From Octopus vulgaris (lineage: Eukaryota), in contig OX597825.1 of NCBI GenBank assembly GCA_951406725.2, positions 28,334,001-28,398,000 of the forward strand: a DNA stretch of 64,000 nucleotides, in the 5' to 3' direction. This document shows, one piece after another, positions 1 to 14,287 of this stretch (position 1 is its first letter; each line of letters opens with the position of its first letter). Made by a program: the position numbers and the translations under genes. The notes under the pieces were generated by a model, which saw nothing but the letters and a program-made list of their open reading frames with translations, ran no database searches and was not told where the DNA came from.

Positions 1-250
1 GTTGGGTTATTTTTAGAAATGTTGTAAATATCCTTTGTCAGAGATTTTTATATTTTTATATTTCAATTGTCATCATCATCATTGTCAGCACCTTAACTAT
101 TGTTGCTAGTGGTGATGGTGGTGGCAATAGCACTTTTAACCCTAAATAAGATAATTTTCCTGCTATCTTCATCTTGATCACCTTTAGTATTGTTGTTGTT
201 GTTAGTGGTCATGGTCGTAGCAGTGGAAGTAATACCTCTAAGTATTATTA

Positions 251-598
251 TTATTGCTTATTTAGCTTGGGTTCGAATTTATCAATAAAATTCTTTTCTC
301 TGATTCTCCTCTCGATTTCACTTGGGCTGTGTAATTTGTAGAACGGAAATATTATATACATTTTCCGGCCACATGTTGCTAGGTGGTTACTCAAAGGTAT
401 CTGACGGACCTCTGGGTCTCTAATCTGTTGCCGGTGTACACGTGAGCGTTCTAATAGTGCGTTTCCCGTCTGACCTACATATATTTCTTCACAATTTGGG
501 CATTTGATGCAGTAAATTAAATTTCTGCTTTTGCAGTTCATATTCGCGTTTGTGAATATTTTCCCGGTTTTTGTGTTTATATATTGACCGGTATGTAT
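251..598 (-). pseudogene. Penelope-like element GIY-YIG endonuclease domain, 5'-truncated fragment
   Basis: The frame reads IHTGQYINTKTGKIFTNANMNCKSRNLIYCIKCPNCEEIYVGQTGNALLERSRVH...HL...RRIREKNFIDKFEPKLN. It has LIY and YVGQT motifs, a CxxC, R..EH-like and E..I....P.LN C-terminal motifs typical of PLE endonucleases. It is truncated upstream by (TA)n and a SINE. Confidence 0.85.
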
Positions 599-611
599 GA
601 ATATATATATA

Positions 612-762
612 TACGACCGGCTTCTTTCAGTTTCCGTCTACCAAATTCACTCACAAGGCTTTGGTCAAACCGAGGATATAGAACACGCAGTGAAACTTAA
701 CCCAGAACCATGTGGTTGTTAAGCAACCTACTTACCAAATAGCCTATTTATACCCACTCCTG
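612..762 (-). mobile_element. tRNA-derived SINE family A, degenerate 5' half
   Basis: Matches the shared family A sequence cttctttcagtttccgtctaccaaat.cactcacaaggctttggtc...accatgtggttg. Confidence 0.8.
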
Positions 763-1094
763 CTGAGGTATCCACTTTATTTACTTGCACAAGTTAAGAA
801 GTGCCATGCAAGATGATCTTGGTTATCTTTATAACTTACTGCCTATTCAGGTAAAATAAAGTGTAGTGTACATACATGTAAAATTTTCGCATTTTCTCTC
901 CTAACAAATTCCAATGACAAGTTATTAGTGCTATCGTAGAATCTAAATTTGCTGCGCTATGTGTACAGCCAGAGGCAAATTGCTTGTGGCGTGTTCTTCT
1001 TAATTACACAGCAGACGCAATATGCTGGGCCACTGCCGGTGGAAAATTGGTATTACCTCAAACTTTAGTTATATTAGGTTCATATGATATTAGG

Positions 1095-1305
1095 TGACGA
1101 ATTGGGAAATTGTTAGAACACCGGGAAAATGCTTAGTGGACTTTCGTCCTATTTAACGTTCTGGCATCAAATTCCGCCGAGGTCGACTACCGTTCATCCT
1201 TTCGGGGTCGATAAAATAAATACTAGTTGAACAACACTGAGGATCAATGCAATCGACTTATCCATTTTCTTAAACTTGCTGGCCTTGTGCTAAAATTTGA
1301 AACCA
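1095..1305 (+). mobile_element. SINE family B, degenerate
   Basis: Contains caaattccgccgaggtcgac...ttcatcctttcggggtcgataaa, shared with the 54668 copy. Confidence 0.75.
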
Positions 1306-1427
1306 ATGTTTTATACGATATAAGACGCATGATTTATATACATGTGACGCATGATTTATATATATATATATATATACAAAATGGCTGAGGGTTAGTAAGG
1401 AGAGACACAAGAAAGAAGAAAACAAAG

Positions 1428-1471
1428 GACCACTGATGCGGTCACAGGAGTGTGACGAAAGAACTCTGGCC
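1428..1471 (+). ncRNA. Type I hammerhead-like motif, variant core CUGAUGC
   Basis: cca-CTGATGC-g-gtcaca(ggag)tgtgac-GAAA-gaac-TC-tgg, inside a ~210-bp insert flanked by (TA)n. Confidence 0.55.
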
Positions 1472-1609
1472 GAAATAAGATTAAGATTAATGTAAAAAAT
1501 AAATAACACTGAAGCAAAATAACACCAAATATATAGTGCGTGTGTTTTTATTGGCTAAACTGGCAAAATGACCATTCCGAAATATAACAATATATATATA
1601 TATATATAT

Positions 1610-1696
<87 letters not shown>

Positions 1697-2146
1697 TATA
1701 CTCACTCGCACGCACACACTCACACATATATATGCCCTTTAACACTTATATTCGTTTCAGCCATGCGGCTACGGTCATACTGGAGCTCCACCGTGGTCTT
1801 TCTGATTTCCTCAGTCTGGAGTGTTTCATATCACCACTCCTGTGTGTGCCTTTGTTCCAGCTGTTGGCCCATTTGGTGTATGAGGGAGTTTGATTCCGCT
1901 GCCCTCGTCTATATCTTATGTCGTGCTTTTGGTTCATCCGGTACTCTCTCTTTCTCTTTCCCTCTCTATATATATACATGTGTGTGTGTGTATGTGTGTG
2001 TGTGTATGCAAGTATATATGTTTGTGTATGTGTGTATATATATATACATATATATTAATAAATTCCAGAGTAGCAAAAAAAAAAAGAAATTCTTTGCTAC
2101 CAGTGGTTTAGCGAGAGAAAAAAAACTAGTCAATAGACTATATATT

Positions 2147-2566
<420 letters not shown>

Positions 2567-3123
2567 TATATATATATATATGGCCATATGTAGATGTATG
2601 AATGTTTTTCGTGTACGTTTTTGAATGTGCACTACTAAGACAGTGAAGAGTATATATTTGAGTTTTTTTTATATATTTAATGCCATACCTGCATTGCATC
2701 CACATTCATCTGCACTTTGGTGTACAGGTGCTACGCCTCCCTTTCCGTGTTTCGATTTATAATCTTGTTTCTCCACTTCAGATGTGAAAACTTAATTAGA
2801 ACCGCTTATCAATACTGCCATCCTCAACCTTACATTTATACTCTTCGCTCACTTTCTTTGCTATTTTTAAAAAAATGTAAATCCCTGCCAAGATATTAAA
2901 CTCATGCATACACACACACATCCTTGCTTATAGTACACACACACACAGACACACACGCGCGCGCATTGCGTGTGTGTGTTTGCGTATGGAACATCTTCAG
3001 TAAATTTCTATAAATTTCATTAGCATAGATTTATTCATTAAGTCTGATTAAGATTTCCGTATAAGTTTAATTCTGATTTCCTCAAAGTTTTGTCATTTGC
3101 TCTCTCGAGTTTTTTTTTTCCAT

Positions 3124-3171
<48 letters not shown>

Positions 3172-3839
3172 TATTCGTTTTCTCCCGCTTTAAAAATTTA
3201 TCTAAATGTTTTTATTGTTATTTCATTTCAGTGAAACCTTCCAAAAATATTTTATATATTTCTATATTTTTTTTTTAGTACTTTTCGTTTATTCATTTAC
3301 AGATATTTATATATAATTTTTTCCACATACTTTTTTTTATATTTTTCCACATATTTTTATATATTTTATATATCTCACATATTTCTCAGCGGTTGCTGCT
3401 GCTCTCGAAGGTGATATTTACGTGTAATTTTAGGCCAATTTTTGTTCAATGTATATATTTTTTTGTTTTTCCTTCGTTTTTCTTTTTTTTCTTTTCTTTC
3501 GAACTCTCCATTTGTATAAAATGAAAAAAAAATATAAAAGCAAACACCAAATTACTAAAAAACAAAAAAAATGATAAAATTTCAAAATTGAAGATCAAGC
3601 AATGATCATTAAATTATGGAGGAAATCTATGAAAGTTCATTTTTAGGAACCTAATTAACATACTAAATAACACATCATGAAACAACAGGTAAAATTAAGG
3701 AAATGTACGATTGGTTACATTAAATGTTGCATTTTGCACTTTTCGTTTATCTTTCGTTTTCACATTAATTTATAGACGCACAATAAACAGGTATGTGGGC
3801 ATGTGCGCATGCTTTTCTGCATCTGCGATTAACAACGTT

Positions 3840-4044
3840 TCATATACATACATATATGTGTATGTGTGCGAGTGTGTGTGTGTGTGTATACACGTCTATT
3901 AATAAGCACATATGTATAAGTTTATATATATATATATATATATATATAAATTTATATATATATATATATATATACATACATATATGCATATATGTAGGTA
4001 TATATATATGTTTTCATATATACAGATATGTATATATATAGATA

Positions 4045-4100
<56 letters not shown>

Positions 4101-4119
4101 CATACATATATACATATCT

Positions 4120-4191
<72 letters not shown>

Positions 4192-4300
4192 AGACACACA
4201 TGCATATCTGTATATATATCTGTGTGTCTGTGTTTCCGTATGTGCCCATGTGTGGTGGCTGCGTGTTGCGTGTGTGTGTATATATGTCTGTGAGTATGTA
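3840..4300. repeat. Compound (TA)n/(CA)n/(TG)n microsatellite region, representative of dozens in the window
   Basis: Seen directly in the sequence. Confidence 0.95.
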
Positions 4301-4904
4301 TGTTTTCAACATTAATGACACTTTACATTAAATTTTTAAAGTTAAGATCTATGGCAATTGATTCAAGTATTAAAAATTATCATTTCAACTTAGTGAAAAA
4401 CCGAAGTTGTTTCATTTCACAGATTATGAAGCCAGAAAATGATCAGCAAACGATCACATGCTTCTTGATTTTTTTTGATGTTTTTGCTTTCTTTTGGGTT
4501 TCTTTCTTTTGGGTTTCTGTATTTGGGGTTTCTGTTTTTTTTTTTTTTTTGCTTTTAACTATATTTTTCAAATTTTCGATTATTTATTTGATATTTCGTT
4601 ATTTGTTAGCTTGCATCGTCATTCGCCATCACAGCCGTGCGTAACGTTGAGATTTGGCTGTTATTTGTTTGTTTCGTTGTTTGTTGTGTGTGTGTGTGCG
4701 TATGCGCGCTCGTGTATGTGAGCGTGTGTGTGTGTGCGTGCGTATGTGTATGTGTGTGTGTACGATGTTTGTGGTCTTTTGTTTTTTGCTATTGTTTTGT
4801 TGTTGCTTTTTTTTTTATCGATGATGGTCAGGAAGGAGTTGTCAATGATGAAGGGGGCTACTTTATTAAGGATGGTGATGATGATAAGGGAAGTGGAGAG
4901 CGAG

Positions 4905-5011
4905 AGAATGAGAAGAAAGAAAGGAAGGAAGATAGAATGAATGAATAAAAAAGAAAGAAAGAACGAAGGAAAGAAAGAAAGAAAGAAAGAAGGAAGGAAA
5001 GGAAGGAAGAC

Positions 5012-5051
<40 letters not shown>

Positions 5052-5120
5052 GAACCTGACTACGACAATGATGAATAAAACGACGACGGCGACGATCACA
5101 ATGACGATAATGATGTTGAA

Positions 5121-5152
<32 letters not shown>

Positions 5153-5165
5153 CGACGACGATGAT

Positions 5166-5208
<43 letters not shown>

Positions 5209-5282
5209 ATGATGATGGTGACAAAGATGTTGATGTTGATGATGATGACAAAAATGATGATGATGATGATGATGATGATGGT
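4905..5282. repeat. (GAAA)n followed by (GAT/GAC)n microsatellite
   Basis: Seen directly; it explains the poly-His and poly-Met ORFs. Confidence 0.95.
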
Positions 5283-5542
5283 TAATGTATATCAACTTCA
5301 TTCGCTTTCGATGAAAATAATTTAATTCTCATCCTCGTGGGTGTTAAAGATTGCTATCTAACACCAAAATCGTATATTTGCAGAAAAACATCATCTTCTT
5401 CAAAAACTTTTTTAAGGAAATGTTTCAAGAATATCGCAATTTCAATGTCTCATCTCCAGCCTACTTACCATGACCTTTCTCCTTATACATCCATATACAT
5501 ACATTCATACATGCACATATATGCGTATATATTTACACACAT

Positions 5543-5881
<339 letters not shown>

Positions 5882-6011
5882 ATATTTAATTATATATTAA
5901 AAAAAAACTTTTTGTAAAAGTTTCTACCGGTAATGGTTCTCTTTCCATACCGAGACTACTTGGTAAAATTTGTAAATTATTAAATTAATAATTCTTTACC
6001 CTATATCTGTA

Positions 6012-6069
<58 letters not shown>

Positions 6070-6213
6070 CTTTTAGTTGTTTCAGTCATTAGAGTGCGAC
6101 CATTCTGGGGCACCGCCTTGCAGACATTTTACTCAAATGAAGCGGACCCAGAACTTATATTGTGCAAAAACTTGGTACTAATTCTATTGGTCTCATTTGC
6201 CGAGCCGCTATAT

Positions 6214-6491
6214 TACGTTGACGTAAAGACACCAAAGCCACTGTCAAGCAATGGTGGGAGACATACACAGACACAAGGGCACGCACACGCACACACGTGT
6301 GTGTGTGTGATTTGTGAAGAGTTTGCAGCTTTAATAAAAGCATATGACTCTACCTTAAGTATTCGAGTACTGTTTTCTTCACCTTCTTTAGCATTTGTGT
6401 GCTTAGTTGTTTCTGTGTGTATATATAAATATATATATGTTTGTGTGTGTGTATGTGTATGTATGTATGTTTGTGTATATATATATATATG

Positions 6492-6566
<75 letters not shown>

Positions 6567-6587
6567 TATATATATATATATATACAA

Positions 6588-6622
<35 letters not shown>

Positions 6623-6850
6623 AACATATATATATTTATATATACACACAGAAACAACTAAGCACACAAATGCTAAAGAAGGTGAAGAAAACAGTACTCG
6701 AATACTTAAGGTAGAGTCACATGCTTTTATTAAAGCTGCAAACTCTTCACAAATCACACACACACACGTGTGTGCGTGTGCGTGCCCTTGTGTCTGTGTT
6801 TGTCTCCCACCATTGCTTGACAGTGGCTTTGGTGTCTTTACGTCAACGTA
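6214..6850. repeat. Long near-perfect inverted repeat (~270-bp arms) with a (TA)n spacer, including part of a SINE A
   Basis: tacgttgacgtaaagacaccaaagcc... is mirrored by ...ggctttggtgtctttacgtcaacgta; the +/- ORFs 6094 and 6350 share the same peptides. Confidence 0.93.
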
Positions 6851-7032
6851 TATATATATATATATATATATATTAGAAGGTTTGGAGATGATGCACAGGT
6901 ATTTTATATTCGAAGAATTTGGTACTCAGAAATTCGGGTGGTTTTATATTTACAGATATTTATTTGTATATTACATGTTTTTATACATCATATAACTTAT
7001 ATCATATATTCTCCCATTTTAGTGGGGTTTTC

Positions 7033-7069
<37 letters not shown>

Positions 7070-7322
7070 TTTTTATATATAGGGTTTTATATATATATAT
7101 ATATAAGAAGGGGTTTTTTCGTTGTGTTAATTGTCCTGTACTCCATTTTTTGTTGTTTTTTTAAAAAATGTCCAGTTCCTTTGGTTTGTGTCTGTTTTCG
7201 TTTCTCTTTGTGTTCGACGTCCCTTTGGTGTCCTGTACTCATATATGCGTGTATATGTACATGTAGAGGTAGGTACGTACATATATGTTTATATATATGC
7301 ATATGTTTTATTTCATTTATTA

Positions 7323-7375
<53 letters not shown>

Positions 7376-8013
7376 TACATCTATATATATATACGCGTGT
7401 GTTTGCGTTTGTGTGTCCCGCTTTGGGGATATTTCTACGTTTCTTAGTATTTCAAATTTTAATGTTACGTAGTTATTGGAAAGAAACCATTTGTTCGAGA
7501 TTCGCTGTTTGTGTTTGCAATAACAAGCTTGGATCGATGAAATAAATACCAGTTGAGCACGAGGGTCGATATAATCGACTTACACCTTCTTCTTCTGAGA
7601 TTGCAGGCTTTGTACCAACATTTGAAGCCGGTAACAAGTAGATTAGATTTAACAAGTATATTGGACTGATATTTTACTCGTCCTTCTTGTTGATTAATTG
7701 TCAGGCAGAGTTTTTCTTATTAATGCTTTCGACACTGCTGGATATATTTCAATGTCCACGTGTCAAAAATCATCATGTTAGCTGTTAGAGGTCTGTTGTT
7801 CTTGTTGTCTGTGACTTTTTTATATCTTGCTTTCCCCTAATCTTCCTAGGATTGAACTTATCAGAGAGCTCTTGGTCTTTTTAGTTTGTGGTGGTTTCCT
7901 TGCTTATATTATACCCTCTACGGGTAGTACACGATTGTTTTTCATTGCAATTCTAATTTTGCCTTGCGTATTACGTAACCAAAGGTTTCTGCTTTAGAGA
8001 GGTTTTGTACCAT

Positions 8014-8065
<52 letters not shown>

Positions 8066-8078
8066 GCATATATATATA

Positions 8079-8123
<45 letters not shown>

Positions 8124-8249
8124 ATGTGTATGTATGTAGGCACATATATTTGTGTTTATCAGTAGTATGTAATGTTGTATGTAGAGTATATGATTCAGAT
8201 CATGGCTGCTATTTTCAGCATGGTAGTATCTCGTAGATACCCTAATTTA

Positions 8250-8296
<47 letters not shown>

Positions 8297-8299
<3 letters not shown>

Positions 8300-8426
8300 T
8301 TATTTACATTTGACGGATATTTGTCCTCATCTTGTTTGTTGTTAAAACAACGCTTCGGCTGATATACCCCTCCAGCCTTCATCAGGTATCTTGAGGAAAT
8401 TTCGAACCTGGGTTTATATTTTTCGA

Positions 8427-8475
<49 letters not shown>

Positions 8476-8555
8476 ATTATTATTAAGGTCACTGCCTGGA
8501 ATCGAACCCGGAATCTTGAGGTTAGTAGCCCGCGCTCTTAACCAGTACCCGTGGG
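8297..8555 (-). mobile_element. tRNA-headed, (AAT)n-containing, hammerhead-tailed SINE-like element, copy 1
   Basis: On the minus strand: tggttaagagcgcgggctactaac...gggttcgattcc (B box), then (AAT)n, then gatac-CTGATGA-aggctg...cagcc-GAAG-cgtt-gtttt. A second copy lies at 50395-50775. Confidence 0.75.
8344..8390 (-). ncRNA. Type I hammerhead motif (GAAG substitution in this copy)
   Basis: CTGATGA core with stem II ggctg/cagcc. The copy at 31550 retains GAAAcgtt-gtgtt. Confidence 0.65.
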
Positions 8556-8900
8556 CAATTATGGAGTAAATTGTAGGGTTTATAAATCTAATATTTTCCT
8601 ATCCTTCGTTAGGTTCCCAGATGCTAATCATATCTGCACTCGACCTGCTTAGGAGGTTGTTGTATCCTAGCATATAAATAATGTAAATAATGTACATGAT
8701 TCCTTATCTCTTAAATATATATATATATATTTATATATATATATACATATATATACATATATTCATATATATACATATATAAATACATATATATATATAT
8801 ATATACATATATATACATATATATACATATATTCATATATATACATATATAAATACATCTAGTTATATATATACATATATATACTTATATATATATATAT

Positions 8901-8937
<37 letters not shown>

Positions 8938-8972
8938 TGTATTTATGTATGTGTATGTATGTATACATATAA

Positions 8973-9014
<42 letters not shown>

Positions 9015-9674
9015 ATAGACAGCCAGAAGCTAGATAGAATATCGATAGGGAGACATACATATAAATGTGTGTGAGTGTATGTGTGTGTGTGCGCGTGTGT
9101 ATGTGCGTGCACATGCGCATGCGTGTTAAGTAATTTACAAGAAGAGGACATTACAAGTAAATGGCATCACCTGTTTCTACCTCGGAACAAGACACATTTC
9201 TCACATGTAGCAACGACCCCCGAATTCACACCGAACGCGTTCAACACCACTAACGCCACCTCCATATTATATTATTCATCACACAACCACATGTATGTTT
9301 GTCCACCGATATGAAATATGAGTGTGCCGATATATATGTGTGAGTATGCGTTTGTGATTGCGTGTGTGTGTATATGTGTGTGTTTGTGTGTATGTGTGTG
9401 TGGGTATGTGTGTGTGTATACTGACACACTCTTGTCCACATATATGCACACACGATATAAATACACTTCTTGGATCTGTTCTTTTTCCAACACCCAGATA
9501 AAAATTCTTCTCTTTTCCGCCAAAACCGATCAAGGAACATGAACGAATGTGTCAAGATTTAATTTGCTGTAACACCTCAGACTACAGAGGTGTGACGAAC
9601 AAAATGTAGTTTTCTGGTGTCAGTTTAGAAAGATCAGTTCACAAAGGTTGCCATATTTGAAACTCACCGAACGG

Positions 9675-9713
<39 letters not shown>

Positions 9714-10242
9714 CTCTCCCCCTCTCTCATTCACTCACTTACTCACTCCCTGACAGTCTATAGAGTTGACTGTTAATTTCCTGTTAATTAATATGCAATG
9801 ACATTTTTCGATTTCTTCGGTAGAAGCTTGTAAAAGTGTAGTAGTGAAGCTATCAAGGTGTTCAACTCCATACTCCCAGATCATATTTTCAAATTCTTTG
9901 CTTCCAGGCTAGAAATATTTTCTCTTCCTGAACAGAAGCCTGCAATTTATGGTACCCCTAACTGTCGGAAAGACGAACCATCAGTTGATCAGTTCCATAT
10001 ATTATCGGAAGCAAGTATAAGAGTGGGTGCTGAATGCTTCCTGGATCTAAGGGTATTGCGAAAAGCAGGGATGGAAAGTTAACCTTCAGAGTTCTTTGAC
10101 AGGGCTTACAAATATCGAAGTACTGCTGTAATAAGTGTGTGACTCTGAGAAGAGAATATTTTGAATAATGTCATAACTAACTGATCATCATGTGTATTTC
10201 TTTTACTCAAAGCCAGGAACATTTCAGCACCGTTCATATATA

Positions 10243-10616
<374 letters not shown>

Positions 10617-10780
10617 ATGAAGTCAAAGATCAAACGTGAGACGCAAGAGCGAAATTAGGGGAGATATATATGCATATAAATACACAAACACACACTTATG
10701 TATATATATATTTATATATTTATATATATGGGAAAAAAGGCAAGATAGAAAATGCTAAAATAATTTTATAAAACATATGT

Positions 10781-10816
10781 CAGTACCGGTTTCAGTCATT
10801 GACACTTTTTCAACTG
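10781..10816 (-). ncRNA. Degenerate hammerhead-like motif with palindromic stem III
   Basis: cag-TTGAAAA-a-agt...act-GAAA-ccgg-TA-ctg. Confidence 0.4.
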
Positions 10817-11533
10817 TAAGTATGGAAAACAATTAAATTTGGAAAAATTAAAAGAATTTTTTTTTTTTTAAATAATATTTGCATAGTGTTCAAATACAGG
10901 TGGCATTTTCCTTCTTTCTGCCTGTCTATGTCTCCCTTGTTTACTCTTGCGGGCTCGAAGTCGTACATACATACATACATGTATGTATGTATGTATGTAT
11001 GTATGTATGTATGTATGTATGTATGTATGTATGTATGTATGTATGTATATGTACGATTGCGGACTACATTATCTTGTATAACAGTGACGAATGCTCGATT
11101 GCTTTGTTGCATATCTGCAGTTCATCATTGAAATTAATTACAATTAATTATTGAACAACACGTCCATTGATCTGCTAGTTTCGTCAAATTGACAGTTTAA
11201 TATTCCATCGACTGAGAGGTGACAACGCTACATTTTTAAAATCCTGTTATCTTAAACTTGATTCGCACATAGGTGTCACTAACATGACCTATATAATAAG
11301 CACACACGCAAACGCGCACACACATAGATACTTACATATATGCATGCATGCATACATACATGCATATATACATATATGTATGTATATACATATATATATA
11401 CATATGTGTATGTATATATATATACATATATATATACACACACATATATGTATATATATGTATATATATGTATGTATATATATTATATATGCACACACAT
11501 ATGTATATATGCATACACACATGTATATATATA

Positions 11534-11583
<50 letters not shown>

Positions 11584-11639
11584 TATACGTATGTATGCAT
11601 GTATGTATGTAAGTATGCGTATGTATATATGTATGTATG

Positions 11640-11770
11640 TGTCCACTCCCAAGACTTTGGTCGGCCTGAGGATACAGTACAAGGCCCCTGCCCAAAGTGC
11701 CATGCAATGGGACTGAAATCGGAACAATGTGGTTGGGAAACATGCATCTTACCACACAGCTACTCCGGCA
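11640..11770 (-). mobile_element. SINE family A, degenerate 5' part
   Basis: tccactcccaagactttggtcggcctgagg...tcttaccacacagc. Confidence 0.7.
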
Positions 11771-11779
11771 GCTTATGTA

Positions 11780-11842
<63 letters not shown>

Positions 11843-11922
11843 CTTGCCTATGCACATATGTAAACATATATATAAATATATACATAAATTCATACATACA
11901 TACATCTATATATATATATATG

Positions 11923-12251
11923 TAGGTCCCGGGTTGAGTCGGGGCTAACCACAGTAAATAAGGTACTCAATACATGGCAGAGTAAATTAATTTATTTTAT
12001 AGAAGGAGCTTCTACAGGACTAGAACTGTTTCATTCAAATGAAATCATCAGGAAGCTTGGCGTCAAGAATAGTTTTGGCATTTATACATTTAGGCAGATT
12101 TGATGGGGTGGTGGTGGGGGACTTTTTTGGGGTAGGTAGGGCACAAACTGTCTTTCTTAGGGGAGTGGTCAAAAGAATCAGTGATAAAGTAGATAAATGA
12201 ATAAATAGAATAATAGAATAGAGTTTTAGGTAAATAGGAAGACTATTGCTT
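11923..12251 (-). mobile_element. (TA)n-flanked HHR-bearing element, inverted partner of 13814-14076
   Basis: 11990-12251 is the near-identical reverse complement of 13814-14076; HHR at 12007-12057. Confidence 0.8.
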
Positions 12252-12269
12252 ATATATATATATATATAT

Positions 12270-13652
12270 CTTGCTTCTCCCTTGTTCCCTTCTTTCTCTC
12301 TTCATCTGTCCCTTTCTCCTTTTTTGTGCTCACGTGACCAGCCAGCTACTACTGCCTTTTCGCATCAAGTAGTTAGTGTGACAACACGTATTTTTTTGTG
12401 TCCGTTGCCTTCAGGCACTTTTTCCACAGCCAGCCCTATACTCAACTCGTCCTGTCGAAAGACGCTTGTCCTGACGTCCTGGTTTCGTTATTATTGTTTT
12501 TACGTTATTTTGTATTCTTATTCGTGCTATCGTTATTGTTTTTACGTATTTTTGAATTTTTTTTTGAGTAACATCGTCCGTTTTTCCGTCACCGTGTTGT
12601 ATACTTTCGAGGTTTTCTTCCAAGGAATCTAATGCGATTGGCTTAGATTTCCCTTGGTGGGCTGCCCAGATTGGAGTAATCTCAAGATTAATCAGCCGAA
12701 ATTGCGAAGATGATCTGGTTTTTGACTGATGACTGAGAGCTTCGAAAGTCCCGTCTGTGTGTTTTTTTGTCGTCTTCTAAATGTTTCACGTTCTTGTCCC
12801 AGTTTTTTTTTTTAACGTTTACATATATACATGGCGGCTACGTATCCTACCTTTTGACGCTATACTGTAAGTATATTACTCTCTAACATTGGTACGACTC
12901 TACTACACTGTCTCTTTTTCCCCCCTCTCCTACATTTCTCTGCCTTCACCCTTTGCACTCCCCTTGTTCTGTCTCTTTCCCTCTCTTTCTTCTCCTCCCT
13001 TGTTCCCCTTCTTTCTTTCTCTCTTCCTCCGTCCCCCCTTTCCCACATTTCTCTGCCTCTCAGACCTTATACCCCACTTGACTTGTCCCTTTCCCTCTTT
13101 TGCTTCTCCCTTGTTCCCCTTCTTTCTCTCTTCATCTGTCCCTTTCTCCTTTTTTGTACTCACGTGTCCAGCCAGCTACTACTGCCTTTTCGCATCAAGT
13201 AGTTAGTGTGACAACACGTATTTGTTTGTGTCCGTTGCCTTCAGGCACTTTTTCCACAGCCAGCCCTATACTCAACTCGTCCTGTCGAAAGACGCTTGTC
13301 CTGACGTCCTGGTTTCGTTATTATTGTTTTTACGTTATTTTGCATTCTTATTCGTGCTATCGTTATTGTTTTTACGTATTTTTGAATTTTTTTCGAGTAA
13401 CATCGTCCGTTTTTCCGTCACCGTGTTGTATACTTTCGAGGTTTTCTTCCAAGGAATCTAATGCGATTGGCTTAGATTTCCCTTGGTGGGCTGCCCAGAT
13501 TGGAGCAATCTCAAGATTAATAAGGCGAAATTGCGAAGATGATCTGGTTCTTGACTGATGACTGAGAGCTTCGAAAGTCCCGTCTGTGTGTTTTTTTGTC
13601 GTCTTCTAAATGTTTCACGTTCTTGTCCCAGTTTGTGTTTTTTTTTTTTAAC

Positions 13653-13660
<8 letters not shown>
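12270..13660 (+). repeat. Direct duplication of a ~550-bp unit (12270-12822 and 13100-13660)
   Basis: Near-identical sequence; ORFs 12246 and 13100 share the same peptide. Confidence 0.9.
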
Positions 13661-13715
<55 letters not shown>

Positions 13716-13756
13716 CATATATGGATACACATACATTATGCATATATGTATATATA

Positions 13757-13816
<60 letters not shown>

Positions 13817-14007
13817 CAATAGTCTTCCTATTTACCTAAAACTCTATTCTATTATTCTATTTATTCATTCATCTACTTTATCACTGATTCTTTTGACCAC
13901 TCCCCTAAGAAAGACAGTTTGTGCCCTACCTACCCCAAAAAAGTCCCCCACCACCACCCCATCAAATCTGCCTAAATGTATAAATCCTAAAACTATTCTT
14001 GACGCCA

Positions 14008-14058
14008 AGCTTCCTGATGATTTCATTTGAATGAAACAGTTCTAGTCCTGTAGAAGCT
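14008..14058 (+). ncRNA. Type I hammerhead ribozyme with canonical core
   Basis: Stem I agcttc/gaagct; CTGATGA at 14014-14020; short stem II ttc/gaa; GAAA at 14033-14036; stem III cag/ctg; predicted cleavage after GUA at 14052. An identical antisense copy lies at 12007-12057. Confidence 0.8.
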
Positions 14059-14073
14059 CCTTCTATAAAATAA

Positions 14074-14127
<54 letters not shown>

Positions 14128-14131
<4 letters not shown>

Positions 14132-14287
14132 CTCTTTTTTGTCTCCTTGTTTTTTCTGTGTCCCTTTCTGTGGAAGAGCGTAGGATCGAAACATAAAAGA
14201 CTTTTCTATTCCTGAGCGTTATACTAATACATCTGTTTGTTCTGTACAACACTTGTCTTCGTCTTTTGTTTTTTTCGTAAACTCTCC

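Noticed and set aside
8487-8555. Functional tRNA gene (also the SINE heads at 29110-29180, 33900-33960 and 50705-50775)
   Set aside because: The acceptor and anticodon stems do not pair properly and the heads run into repeat bodies, so these are treated as SINE heads.
9780-10180. Possible LINE RT relic on the minus strand (RQLGVP)
   Set aside because: Too degenerate to assign by eye.
12722-12756. ctgatga...gaaagtc in the 550-bp duplicated unit (also at ~13555) as a hammerhead
   Set aside because: No stem II pairing in ctgagagcttc and no convincing stem I.
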